NCBI GenBank assembly: GCA_964585855.1
Contig: CAZPFK010000005.1
Coordinates: 1,807-65,806, forward strand
From: an uncultured Vicinamibacteraceae bacterium
GTDB lineage: Bacteria; Planctomycetota; Phycisphaerae; Phycisphaerales; UBA5793
DNA length: 64,000 nucleotides
Reading direction: 5' to 3'
Below are positions 16,980 through 26,815 of this stretch, one piece after another. A program made the translations under genes and the position numbers. Numbering within the stretch: position 1 is the stretch's first letter; each line of letters begins with the position of its first letter. The notes beneath the pieces were generated by a model. That model saw nothing but the letters and a program-made list of their open reading frames with translations. It was not told where the DNA came from and did not search any database.

Positions 16980-18197
16980 GTGATGCTGGCGCCGATTCCT
17001 GACATCCTCGATGAACTCCGGGCCGGGCGAATGGTCGTCCTCGTGGACGATGAGGGCCGCGAAAACGAGGGAGACCTCGTGGCCGCTGCGGAACTGATCA
17101 CGCCGGCCCAGATCAATTTCATGACCAAGCACACGCCGGGATACCTCTGCGTAGCCCTTTCGGGCACCGACTGCGACCGCCTCGAACTCCATCCGCAGAC
17201 CGTCGCCAACACCGCCCTGCGCGGCACGGCCATGGCGGTCTCCGTTGACGGTCATCCCCGCCACGGCGTCGGCACCGGCATCTCCGCCTCTGACCGGGCA
17301 AAGACGGCCCGTTTGCTCGCCGACCCCGACGCTCAGCCCGAAGACCTCGTCCGTCCGGGCCACCTCGTGCCGCTGCGCGCCCGCGACGGCGGCGTGCTGG
17401 TCCGCACCGGGCAGACCGAGGGCTCCGTGGACCTGATGCGCCTCGCAGGCCTTCGCCCCGCAGCCGTGATCAGCGAAATCAGCCGGGACGATGGCGAAAT
17501 GGCCCGCCGACCGGAACTGGAAGTCTTCTGCGCCACCCACGGCCTGAAGATGTGCTCCGTCGAGCAGATCATTCACTACCGCCTGGAGCGTGAACGACTG
17601 ATCCGCCGTCTCGAACCGCTTGAAGGAACAGTCATCGAGACCGATCACGGCCCCTTCACCCTCATTGCCTACCAGAGTCTCGTTGATCCGCTGCCGCACA
17701 TCGCGCTGACGACCGGCGGCATCGGGGCGCTTGGCCCCGCAGGGCACTCCGGGGATGTTGACGATGCAATTCTTGTGCGCATGCATCGCCGCAACGTCCT
17801 GGGCGATATCTTCGGCGACCGCTCCCAGCCGACCAACCGCCTGTTGGCCGAATCCATGCGCCGCATTCAGCACGAGGGGCGCGGAGCCCTGGTGTATCTG
17901 CGGCCCTCAAACGTCGGCGAGGGCTTGCTCGGCGAACTTCAGACGCTCCGCCACCACGCTCCGTTCAACGTCCACTCGCCGAACCTGACGATGTTGCCCA
18001 ATCCCGGTGCCGGACCCTCTGAGGCCTACCAGCGCGACTTCGGCGTCGGCGTGCAGATTCTGCGCGACCTGGGCCTGCGACGTGTCCGCGTCCTTTCCAA
18101 CAACCCCCGTCGCCTGCCCAACCTCGGAGCCTTCGGCATCGAGATCACCGAGATCCTGCCCCTGGGCGAGGGCGACCCGCCGGAATCTGCGGGCTGA
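16980..18197 (+). CDS. ribB: 3,4-dihydroxy-2-butanone-4-phosphate synthase (RibB) fused to a GTP-cyclohydrolase-II-like domain that lacks the zinc cysteines (RibBX-type).
   Basis: N-terminal MVVLVDDEGRENEGDLVAAAE. In the C-terminal half, HRRNVLGDIFGDRSQPTNRLL stands where canonical RibA has HSECLTGDVFGSxRCDCGxQL. Confidence 0.85.
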   Translation: MMLAPIPDILDELRAGRMVVLVDDEGRENEGDLVAAAELITPAQINFMTKHTPGYLCVALSGTDCDRLELHPQTVANTALRGTAMAVSVDGHPRHGVGTGISASDRAKTARLLADPDAQPEDLVRPGHLVPLRARDGGVLVRTGQTEGSVDLMRLAGLRPAAVISEISRDDGEMARRPELEVFCATHGLKMCSVEQIIHYRLERERLIRRLEPLEGTVIETDHGPFTLIAYQSLVDPLPHIALTTGGIGALGPAGHSGDVDDAILVRMHRRNVLGDIFGDRSQPTNRLLAESMRRIQHEGRGALVYLRPSNVGEGLLGELQTLRHHAPFNVHSPNLTMLPNPGAGPSEAYQRDFGVGVQILRDLGLRRVRVLSNNPRRLPNLGAFGIEITEILPLGEGDPPESAG

Positions 18198-18199
18198 CC

Positions 18200-18236
18200 G
18201 GGGGGAAGTGGGGGGCGCAGGAGGGGAAGCGGGGGG
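18200..18236 (+). other. G-quadruplex-type motif (four G runs of 6, 6, 4 and 6) inside a purine-rich tract.
   Basis: GGGGGGaagtGGGGGGcgcaggaGGGGaagcGGGGGG starts 3 nt after the ribB stop, in the 196-bp spacer before pilT. Confidence 0.5.
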
Positions 18237-18393
18237 AACAAGAGGGAATAATTGTCGGCGGCAGAGGATTCTCCGAAGCCGCTCCAGTGTCGCGACGTCG
18301 GCTGACGCTCCTTCACGGTTCCCGTGAGGCGGTTGTCCCCGTAGAATCGGCACCGGTCCGCGACCTGACCGCCCGACACGCAGGAGATCGAAC

Positions 18394-19536
18394 TTGAGTA
18401 CGCACAACACTTTGACGCTCAACACCGTTCAGCACGATGAAGGAACGGAGACCGGCGCCGGCGAAGCCCTCTTCAAGACCTTTCTGAAGGCCACGATCCA
18501 TTTCGAGGCCTCCGACCTCATCATCAAGTCCGGCGCGTCGCCGAAGGTTCGGCTGCGCGGCTCGCTCAAGCCCCTGAAGGTTGACAAGGTCAGTCGCCAG
18601 CAGATGTTCCAGATTGCCAAAGACGTCCTCGACGAGGAGCAGTACGCGGGCTTCAAACGCCGGGGCTCGGCTGACTTCGCCTACTCCTACGACGAAGACA
18701 ATCGCTTCCGCGTCAACCTCTTCATGGCCCGCGGCAACCCCGCCATTGCCGCCCGTCTGATCACCAGCAACATCAAACGATTCGAGGATCTCTACCTCCC
18801 CAACCCCGAGGTCATGGCAAAGATGGCCATGAGCGCTCAGGGCCTCGTACTGCTGGCCGGCGTGACCGGCTCCGGCAAGAGCACGACGATCGCCTCGATG
18901 CTCCAGTACATCAACGAGCGCAAGCCCGTCCACATCGTCACCATCGAGGACCCTATCGAATACATCTTCAAGGATGCGATGGCCTTTGTGAACCAGCGCG
19001 AAGTCGGCATCGACTGCACTGACTTCAACGACGCCCTCCGGGCGCTGGTCCGTGAGAATCCCGACGTCGTGCTCATCGGCGAAATGCGCGACAAGGAAAC
19101 CTTCGAGGCCGCCATCCGGGCCGCCGAAACGGGCCACCTGGTCTTCGGAACCATCCACGCGTCATCTTCGTGGCAGGCCTTCGGCCGTATCTACGACCTC
19201 TTCACGCCTGACGAGCGCGACCAGATCCGAAAGCTGCTGGCCTACAACCTCCAGGGCATCGTCTACCAGAAGCTGCTCCCGACCCTTCATGCCGACATCG
19301 CCCGCGTCCCGGCCGTTGAGATTCTGATCAACAACGTCGCCGCCCGGAAGTACATCCTCGAGGCCCGTGAGGGCGAACTGCTCGACGTGATCCGCAACAA
19401 CCGCGAGTCGGGCATGCTGGACTTCACCAGCGCTCTGGTGCAGCTGGTCGAGCAGGAATTCATCCACTACAAGGTCGCCATGGACGCCACGCCAAACCCC
19501 GAAGAACTCTCCATGCGCCTCAAGGGCATCAGTTAA
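18394..19536 (+). CDS. pilT: PilT/PilU-family type IV pilus retraction ATPase.
   Basis: TTG start with GGAG 7 nt upstream. Walker A GVTGSGKSTTIASML, TIEDPIEY, DVVLIGEMRDKETF, TGHLVFGTIHASS, and AARKYILE resembling the PilT AIRNLIRE motif. Confidence 0.9.
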   Translation: MSTHNTLTLNTVQHDEGTETGAGEALFKTFLKATIHFEASDLIIKSGASPKVRLRGSLKPLKVDKVSRQQMFQIAKDVLDEEQYAGFKRRGSADFAYSYDEDNRFRVNLFMARGNPAIAARLITSNIKRFEDLYLPNPEVMAKMAMSAQGLVLLAGVTGSGKSTTIASMLQYINERKPVHIVTIEDPIEYIFKDAMAFVNQREVGIDCTDFNDALRALVRENPDVVLIGEMRDKETFEAAIRAAETGHLVFGTIHASSSWQAFGRIYDLFTPDERDQIRKLLAYNLQGIVYQKLLPTLHADIARVPAVEILINNVAARKYILEAREGELLDVIRNNRESGMLDFTSALVQLVEQEFIHYKVAMDATPNPEELSMRLKGIS

Positions 19537-19660
19537 CCGCGCTCGCCGCAGTTTTCCCGCCGGGCGGCTATGATCGCTCCGGTGCCCGCCAGCCCCCGGC
19601 CCCGGACTCCAACAGCCCCGTTGCTCTCTCCAAGGACTGACGAAGCGAGATTCACCGTTC

Positions 19661-21352
19661 ATGCTTCAAACCCCGCTGATTGCAGACAACTGGTACATCC
19701 TCGTCAGCCCCTGGAAGCCGTTTTTCGGCTTCGCAGCCGTGCTCGCCCTCGGCTGGCTGGCCTCGAGCAAGCTGGACAAGGACGCCCAGTACTTCCACCT
19801 CCCCCGCCGACAGTGGAATCTCGCGCATCTTCTTTCCATCATCGCGGGCCTCGCCGTCATGTGGATGCCCATCGAGCAGTGGTGGTGGTTCTATGCCGCC
19901 CTGCCGCTGGGGCTGATTGTCATGTCCTCCTCCACGCTGGCCTACTGGTGGTATCGCAACCGTAACGTTCCCGCCGACAAGCGCTTTTACCTCACGATGG
20001 ATTCGGTCCGACACGCAATGGCCGCCCGCGAGGAGGCGCGCGCCCTTCGCTCCTCGACGCTCGCCCTTCGCGGTGCCGACGGCAAGACCTACACGCTGCC
20101 TCCCTCAAAGGATGATCCTCTGCACAACGTGCACATCGCCATGGAGGAGATCATCGGCAGCGCTCTGCTGGCCCGTTCCGAGGTCATCGAAATGGGACCG
20201 ACCTCGCAGGGGCCCTACCAGGTCTTCCAGACCGTCGACGGCGTGCGCTACAAGCGCGATCCCATCGACCCCGCCCTCGCAAACGCCATCATCGACTACC
20301 TCAAGACCGTTGCCGGAATGGACGCCTCCGACAAACGCCGCAAGCAGGTCGCCGACCTCAACGCCACCTACGGCGCTGAAAACGTCGAGATGCGCCTCCG
20401 CACCGCCGGCTCCTCAGCGGGCCAGGCGCTTTCGATCGACGTTGAGCCGCGCCGCTCCATGAAGATGCGCTGCGAGCAGATCGGCATGTTCCCGCGCCAG
20501 CTGGAGACGCTGGAGGAGATGACCCGCGATCAGCACGGCGTCGTTCTCGTCGCCGCCGGCCCAAACCAGGGTCGCACAACGACGCTCTATGCCCTGATCC
20601 GCCGTCACGACGCCTTCACCAACAACGTCCGTACGCTGGAGCTGGAGCAGCTCGCGCAGATTGACGGCGTCGGCCACATGGAGTTCAAGCCCACCGGCGA
20701 CAGTGAGTACGCGATTCAGATTCGCTCCATGCTCCGCCGCGATCCGCACATCCTGGTCTCGATGGAGATTCCCGATGAGCGCACCGCAAAGGAGATCGCC
20801 GCTCCCGGCCTCAAGGGGCCGCTGATTTACGCCAGTCTCGTCGCCGAGGGCGGCATGGAGGCGCTGGCGGCCTGGGCGCGGATGGTGGGCGACCTGGAGA
20901 CGGCGGCGGCGCCGTTGCGGGGGGTGGTCGCTGAGAAGCTCCTGCGAACGCTCTGCCCCAACTGCCGTGTGCCCTATCGCCCCGCGCCGGAGCAGCTCAA
21001 GCGGCTCAATCTTCAGCCCGATCAGGTCAAGCAACTCTACAAGGCCTCCGGCAAGATCATGGAGCGCAACCGCGAGGAGACCTGTCCCAACTGCGGCGGT
21101 CTCGGCTATCTCGGGCAGACCGGCGCCTTTGAGATCTACTCCTTTGACGATGAGGCGCGCAAGCTGATTGCCAAGGGAGACCTGAATTCGCTCAAGACGC
21201 ACCTGCGCCGCCAGAAGTACATGAGCATTCAGGAAGCGGCCCTTCGCAAGGCCCTGGAAGGTGTGACGAGCATCGAGGAAGTCATGCGCGTCACGCAGCA
21301 GAAGAAGTCATCCTCGTCCCGGCAGCCGTCGGGCACGGCCCCGGCAGCCTGA
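19661..21352 (+). CDS. Membrane-anchored GspE/PilB-like protein with a degenerate ATPase active site.
   Basis: Three N-terminal hydrophobic segments. The T2SSE-like core reads AAGPNQGRTTTLYA (Walker A Lys replaced by Arg), TLELEQLAQ (no ED Asp box), DPHILVSMEIPDERTA and GPLIYASLVAEGG (no His-box histidines). The tetra-Cys CPNC...CPNCGGLGYLGQTGAFE is retained. Confidence 0.8.
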   Translation: MLQTPLIADNWYILVSPWKPFFGFAAVLALGWLASSKLDKDAQYFHLPRRQWNLAHLLSIIAGLAVMWMPIEQWWWFYAALPLGLIVMSSSTLAYWWYRNRNVPADKRFYLTMDSVRHAMAAREEARALRSSTLALRGADGKTYTLPPSKDDPLHNVHIAMEEIIGSALLARSEVIEMGPTSQGPYQVFQTVDGVRYKRDPIDPALANAIIDYLKTVAGMDASDKRRKQVADLNATYGAENVEMRLRTAGSSAGQALSIDVEPRRSMKMRCEQIGMFPRQLETLEEMTRDQHGVVLVAAGPNQGRTTTLYALIRRHDAFTNNVRTLELEQLAQIDGVGHMEFKPTGDSEYAIQIRSMLRRDPHILVSMEIPDERTAKEIAAPGLKGPLIYASLVAEGGMEALAAWARMVGDLETAAAPLRGVVAEKLLRTLCPNCRVPYRPAPEQLKRLNLQPDQVKQLYKASGKIMERNREETCPNCGGLGYLGQTGAFEIYSFDDEARKLIAKGDLNSLKTHLRRQKYMSIQEAALRKALEGVTSIEEVMRVTQQKKSSSSRQPSGTAPAA

Positions 21353-21371
21353 ACCTGGAGCACCTGTCCCC

Positions 21372-22484
21372 ATGATGAACATCGCGGTCATCGGAGTCGT
21401 CGGCATCATCGCCTGGGTCTGGGCGTCCTACGGCTTCTTTTCCTCACTCCTGCACTTCATCTCCGTCGTCGTCGCCGGCGCACTCGCCTTCGCCTCCTGG
21501 GAGGCCGCCGTCTATTTCGGCCTCAACCGCGTCGAGCAGCTGGCGGACATGCAGTGGGGCATCACCCTGATGCTGCTCTTTACCGTCTACCTTGTGATTC
21601 TCAAGACGGTGACCAACAAGGCCTGCCCCGGCAACATCGACTTCTCCGTCCTGGTCAATCTCATCGGCGGCGGCGTCCTCGGGGCGCTTTCGGGCGTCAT
21701 CTCCGCCGGCATCATTCTCATCGGCGTCAACTTCATCCAGGGCCCCAGCGAGCTGCTTGGCTACCGGGGATGGATCGTCGACAGCACCGGAAACATCACC
21801 CGCGACCAGAAACTCTGGCTCCCCGCCGATGAATGGACCTACTGGTTTTATTCAACTGCCAGTCTCGGGCCCTTCTCGGTTCCTAATCCCGTAGCCGAAT
21901 GGCATCCGCAGCTGGCCCAGCAGGCCGATCTCTATCGTGAGAGCTACGACAACGGCGCCAGCCGCATGGGCATGACACTGGGCGACTACTCCGTCAGCCG
22001 CGTCATCCGACTCGATGAGCAGCTCGACCCCGAACAGATCGCCGACTTCAGGGGCATTGCCGATCCCGAAACCGGCCGGCCCCCGACCGTCGGCGAGCGC
22101 TACGTCATCCGCACAATCCTCAACAACTCCACCTGGGATGACGGCGGCAAACTCCGCCTCACCAAGGCCCAGGTCCGGCTGGTGGTGCGCACTCCCGGCG
22201 GCGAGATGAAGCCCGTTCACCCGCACGCCTTCTACCAGCAGTTCCTCACCGAATCCAATGCCGAGTATCGCTTCGTCTATGACGCCGGCGACGTCGCCGC
22301 CTCCTCAGTCGGCAGCCCCTCGGAGACGAAACTGGCCTTTGAGTTTCTCGTGCCGCCCGGAGCCGTGCCGCACCACCTCATCATCCGCCAGGCCCGTCCC
22401 TCCAATGATCTGCCGACCGGGAACGACGTCGAACTGCTCTCAGCCGAGGAAGTGCTGGCCCAGGCCCTGACCGGCACGCTCTGA
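21372..22484 (+). CDS. Polytopic membrane protein (CvpA-like N-terminal half is possible) with a C-terminal soluble domain.
   Basis: Four to five hydrophobic segments in aa 1-125, then about 240 aa that look non-membrane. Starts 19 nt after the GspE-like gene. Confidence 0.65.
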   Translation: MMNIAVIGVVGIIAWVWASYGFFSSLLHFISVVVAGALAFASWEAAVYFGLNRVEQLADMQWGITLMLLFTVYLVILKTVTNKACPGNIDFSVLVNLIGGGVLGALSGVISAGIILIGVNFIQGPSELLGYRGWIVDSTGNITRDQKLWLPADEWTYWFYSTASLGPFSVPNPVAEWHPQLAQQADLYRESYDNGASRMGMTLGDYSVSRVIRLDEQLDPEQIADFRGIADPETGRPPTVGERYVIRTILNNSTWDDGGKLRLTKAQVRLVVRTPGGEMKPVHPHAFYQQFLTESNAEYRFVYDAGDVAASSVGSPSETKLAFEFLVPPGAVPHHLIIRQARPSNDLPTGNDVELLSAEEVLAQALTGTL

Positions 22485-22502
22485 TCCAGCGGCTGCGTTG
22501 CG

Positions 22503-23411
22503 ATGCGACCCTCCATCTCGATCCTCGCGCCGGCGAAGCTGAACCTCAGCCTCGCCGTGGGTCCGCCGCACTCCGGCATGCATCCGATCTGTTCCTGGAT
22601 GGCGCCGGTTTCGCTCTACGATGAATTGACCCTCACCGCCCTTGAGCCCGGCTACTTCTCCCGCTACGCCATCCTCTGGGCGCCCGGCGCCCGCCGCACC
22701 CGTGACATCGACTGGTCGATCACGAAGGATCTCGCCGTCCGCGCCCATCTCCTGCTGGAGCGCACCCTCGGCCGAGCCCTTCCGGTGCAGATGAAACTTG
22801 AGAAGCGCATCCCCGTCGGCGGGGGCATGGGCGGCGGCTCTAGCGATGCCGCGGCAATGCTGCGCGGCTGCAATGAACTCTTCCAACTGGGCCTCTCCGC
22901 CGATGAACTGCGCACCCTTGCCGCGCGGATCGGCAGCGACGTTCCTTTCTTCATCGACCCCTCGCCGGCAATCGTCAGCGGAATCGGCGATCGGATCGAA
23001 CCCCTCGCCTCACCGCGTGACCTCAGCGCCGTTGTCATCCTTCCCGAACTCGAAAGCGCGACACCGGCGGCCTACCGGCACTTCGATGAACTCAACACCG
23101 ATGTCGAGGCAGTTGCCGCCCGATTTGCCGCAGCCGCCGACGCCCTCAGAGAGACTTCCGCCTCATCCGAGGTATCGGCGACGTCCTTGATCAACCATCT
23201 TGAGGAGGCGGTCTTTGCGCTGCATCCCCCGTTGGGTGCGCTGCGACGGCAACTTCAGGAACTCCTTGATCTCCCGGTTCACCTCACCGGCAGCGGATCG
23301 ACGCTCTTTGTGCTTGCTCCCAATGCCGCCTATGCCGAACTTCTGGCCGAAAGGATTGAGCAGGTGCTGGAGATTCCCGCCCTGCCCGTCTCGCTGCATA
23401 CCCCTCTGTGA
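22503..23411 (+). CDS. ispE: 4-(cytidine 5'-diphospho)-2-C-methyl-D-erythritol kinase.
   Basis: APAKLNLSLAV and the GHMP kinase motif IPVGGGMGGGSSDAAAML. Confidence 0.85.
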   Translation: MRPSISILAPAKLNLSLAVGPPHSGMHPICSWMAPVSLYDELTLTALEPGYFSRYAILWAPGARRTRDIDWSITKDLAVRAHLLLERTLGRALPVQMKLEKRIPVGGGMGGGSSDAAAMLRGCNELFQLGLSADELRTLAARIGSDVPFFIDPSPAIVSGIGDRIEPLASPRDLSAVVILPELESATPAAYRHFDELNTDVEAVAARFAAAADALRETSASSEVSATSLINHLEEAVFALHPPLGALRRQLQELLDLPVHLTGSGSTLFVLAPNAAYAELLAERIEQVLEIPALPVSLHTPL

Positions 23412-23514
23412 CGGAGGCGACCCCGCAGGCGCATCCTGCAGAATGGGAAGGCCGCACGAAGCGCCGCCCGGCCGCGTACAGTCTCCAACAGACACCCCAA
23501 CCGGAGGATCGTCC

Positions 23515-24915
23515 ATGACCTATCGGACCGGCAGACTGGCAGCCCTGATCGCCCTGCTTTCACTGGCCCCGGCTGCCGCATTGGTGGCGCAGGAAAACGA
23601 CGTCCAGCCCGCCGCGCACGGCATTCCCCTGGGTGATACTCGGCTCTCGCTCAGTCGCTCCTTCCAGGATGTCGCCGAGATCGCCACTCCCTCGGTCGTC
23701 CGCGTCATCGGCCATGTGCGCCGCGGCGAGGTCACGGGCTCGGGATTCGTCATCCGGTCCGGGGCCTACATCGTGACCAACCACCACGTCGTCAGCCGCG
23801 CCAACAGTCTGCTCGTCGAGTTCGTCAACGGCGAGCGTTACCCCGCTGAGGTCGTCGGCTCCGACGCTCTCACCGACCTGGCCGTGATCAGCATCGATCA
23901 TCCCGACGTGCCCGCCCTCTCCTTCGGCGACGATACGAATCTGAAAGTCGGCGAGTGGGTCGTCGCCGTGGGACACCCGCAGGGACTGCCGCAGACGGTC
24001 ACCTCGGGGATCGTCTCGGCCCGCAATCGCCGCCTCGACATTCTCAACGATGGGCAGGTGGCCGGCTACGAGGCGTACATCCAGACCGATGCCGCGATCA
24101 ACCAGGGCAATTCCGGGGGCCCGCTGCTCAACCTGAATGCGGAGGTCGTCGGCGTCAACGCTGCGATCGTCACCTCCAGCGGCGGCTCGCAGGGACTCGG
24201 CTTTGCCATCCCGACGTCGCTTGCCAGCCACGTTGTCGATCAGCTGATCCGCCACGGCGAAGTGCGACGCGGGCAGCTGGGCGTCTACATCCAGGACATC
24301 TCCGGCGCGCTGGCCCGCAGTTACGGTGTTCGTGACGGCGAGGGCGGTGTGCTTGTGACGCGCGTGCTCTCGGGCGGCCCGGCCGAGGGAGCGGGGCTTG
24401 AGGCCAATGATGTCGTCATTTCCGTCAACGGCGAGGCCGTGCGCAGCGACGGCGAATTGCGCAACCGTGTCGCCTTTATGGAGCCCGGCTCCTGGGTTAC
24501 CCTCGCCGTGCTGCGCGACGGTCGGCAGCGCGAGTTTCGTGTCCGCCTGGCGGAGCTGCCGACCTCGTCGCCGCGGGTGACGACGATGGTCTTCAATCCG
24601 GAGCGCGACGGGAGACTCGGTGTCGAGTTCGACGACCTCACCGCCCCGGAGCGCGGTGTTGCGGTGCGCTCCGTCGTCTACGGCGGCCCCGCCTTCCTGG
24701 CCGGCATCGAGCCCGGAGACATCGTCGGCCGTATGGAAGTTGTAGACGTTTCGCAGGTCGAGCCGCGCGTGGTTCGTGAAATCAGGCCCGACTCAGCGGA
24801 TGAACTCTCGAAGATGATCGCCGAGGCGCCGGCCGGGCGTGTGCTTCGCCTGCACCTGATCCGCCGCATCGGACGGATGACGACGGAGGTCGTCCAAGGC
24901 GTTGAGTTACCCTGA
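23515..24915 (+). CDS. htrA: HtrA/DegP-family periplasmic serine protease with PDZ domains.
   Basis: ATG at 23515 with GGAGG 7 nt upstream. Signal peptide, TNHHVV, DLAVI and GNSGGPLLN form the His-Asp-Ser triad context. C-terminal PDZ-like GVLVTRVLSGGPAEGAGLEANDVVISVNG. Confidence 0.9.
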   Translation: MTYRTGRLAALIALLSLAPAAALVAQENDVQPAAHGIPLGDTRLSLSRSFQDVAEIATPSVVRVIGHVRRGEVTGSGFVIRSGAYIVTNHHVVSRANSLLVEFVNGERYPAEVVGSDALTDLAVISIDHPDVPALSFGDDTNLKVGEWVVAVGHPQGLPQTVTSGIVSARNRRLDILNDGQVAGYEAYIQTDAAINQGNSGGPLLNLNAEVVGVNAAIVTSSGGSQGLGFAIPTSLASHVVDQLIRHGEVRRGQLGVYIQDISGALARSYGVRDGEGGVLVTRVLSGGPAEGAGLEANDVVISVNGEAVRSDGELRNRVAFMEPGSWVTLAVLRDGRQREFRVRLAELPTSSPRVTTMVFNPERDGRLGVEFDDLTAPERGVAVRSVVYGGPAFLAGIEPGDIVGRMEVVDVSQVEPRVVREIRPDSADELSKMIAEAPAGRVLRLHLIRRIGRMTTEVVQGVELP

Positions 24916-24924
24916 CAGCGCGGG

Positions 24925-25941
<1,017 letters not shown>

Positions 25942-26008
25942 CGGGCAAGGATAATCACCCGGAAGTGCCGATCACAGTCGCAGGCGCTTGGAGATTCGAG
26001 GATTGGCC

Positions 26009-26338
26009 ATGAGCACTCAGGACACGAACACCGTGCAGACTCCGCCCGCTAAGGCCCCGACGACGCCGCGCCCGGAGCGGAAGGAGCGGCCGAAGCTCGA
26101 CCAGCTGCCGCCCTACCGGGTGCTGCTGCACAATGATGCGCACAATCTGATCGAGTACGTCGTCCTCACGGTACACAACCTGACGCCGCTCTCACGCCTG
26201 GCATCGGTCCGTGTGACGCTGGAGGCCCACCGCCGCGGCATCGCCCTGCTCTGCGTGACCCACCGCGAACGGGCGGAACTCTACTGCGAGCAGTTCAAGT
26301 CTTGCGGACTTACGGTGACGGCCGAACCGGCCGAGTAA
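26009..26338 (+). CDS. clpS: ATP-dependent Clp protease adaptor ClpS.
   Basis: PPYRVLLHNDAHNLIEYVVLTV...EAHRRGIALLCVTHRERAELY. ATG at 26009 follows GAGGA; the ORF opens at TTG 25988. Confidence 0.85.
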   Translation: MSTQDTNTVQTPPAKAPTTPRPERKERPKLDQLPPYRVLLHNDAHNLIEYVVLTVHNLTPLSRLASVRVTLEAHRRGIALLCVTHRERAELYCEQFKSCGLTVTAEPAE

Positions 26339-26482
26339 GTTTCGGCAGTTCAGGACCGAGTTTTTCCGGACCTTGCTCCGGGAATGTTCTCAAGTCGTCT
26401 CTGGCCCGCAGTGGGGGCGTCGTGAATAATTGATGCAGTGGAATCGAAGCCGGGGATGGCCCACGTCCGATGTTCTCCAGAG

Positions 26483-26815
26483 ATGAGGCTCAGCATGAAC
26501 ATGGTCGAAACCGGTCTGGACCTGGCGCTCGATGAGTTGTACGCCACCGGCTGGAGTGCGCTTGATACCCTCGGGTGCGAGCATCACTCCGATGGACGCC
26601 CCTTCCCCGCCGTCGTCCGCGTGCAGCGGGAGTTCGCCCAGGCAGGATACGAACTGCATGTCCGCTTCGTTGAGCTCTTCGGCTGCTACCGCGCCGAGTG
26701 GTGCGACCACGCGGGAACGGTCCTCGGCTCCGTCATCGGCGCCAGCGAGTCTGAAGCTGCCATCTATGCCCTCGCCCAGGTCCGCCGAAACCAGCGGTCC
26801 CATGTCCGGCCGTAA
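26483..26815 (+). CDS. Small hypothetical protein.
   Basis: ORF 26438..26815 with candidate ATGs at 26483, 26495 and 26501. Its 3' end overlaps the next start by 14 nt, which suggests translational coupling. Confidence 0.45.
   Translation: MRLSMNMVETGLDLALDELYATGWSALDTLGCEHHSDGRPFPAVVRVQREFAQAGYELHVRFVELFGCYRAEWCDHAGTVLGSVIGASESEAAIYALAQVRRNQRSHVRP

Noticed and set aside
23200-23514. A long 5' extension of the htrA ORF that overlaps ispE.
   Set aside because: The extension overlaps the ispE coding frame. The ATG at 23515 has a GGAGG RBS and is directly followed by a signal peptide.
26339-26390. Possible terminator hairpins after clpS (TCGG..CCGA followed by TTTTT, and CCGGA..TCCGG).
   Set aside because: The stems are only 4-5 bp, too weak to call.
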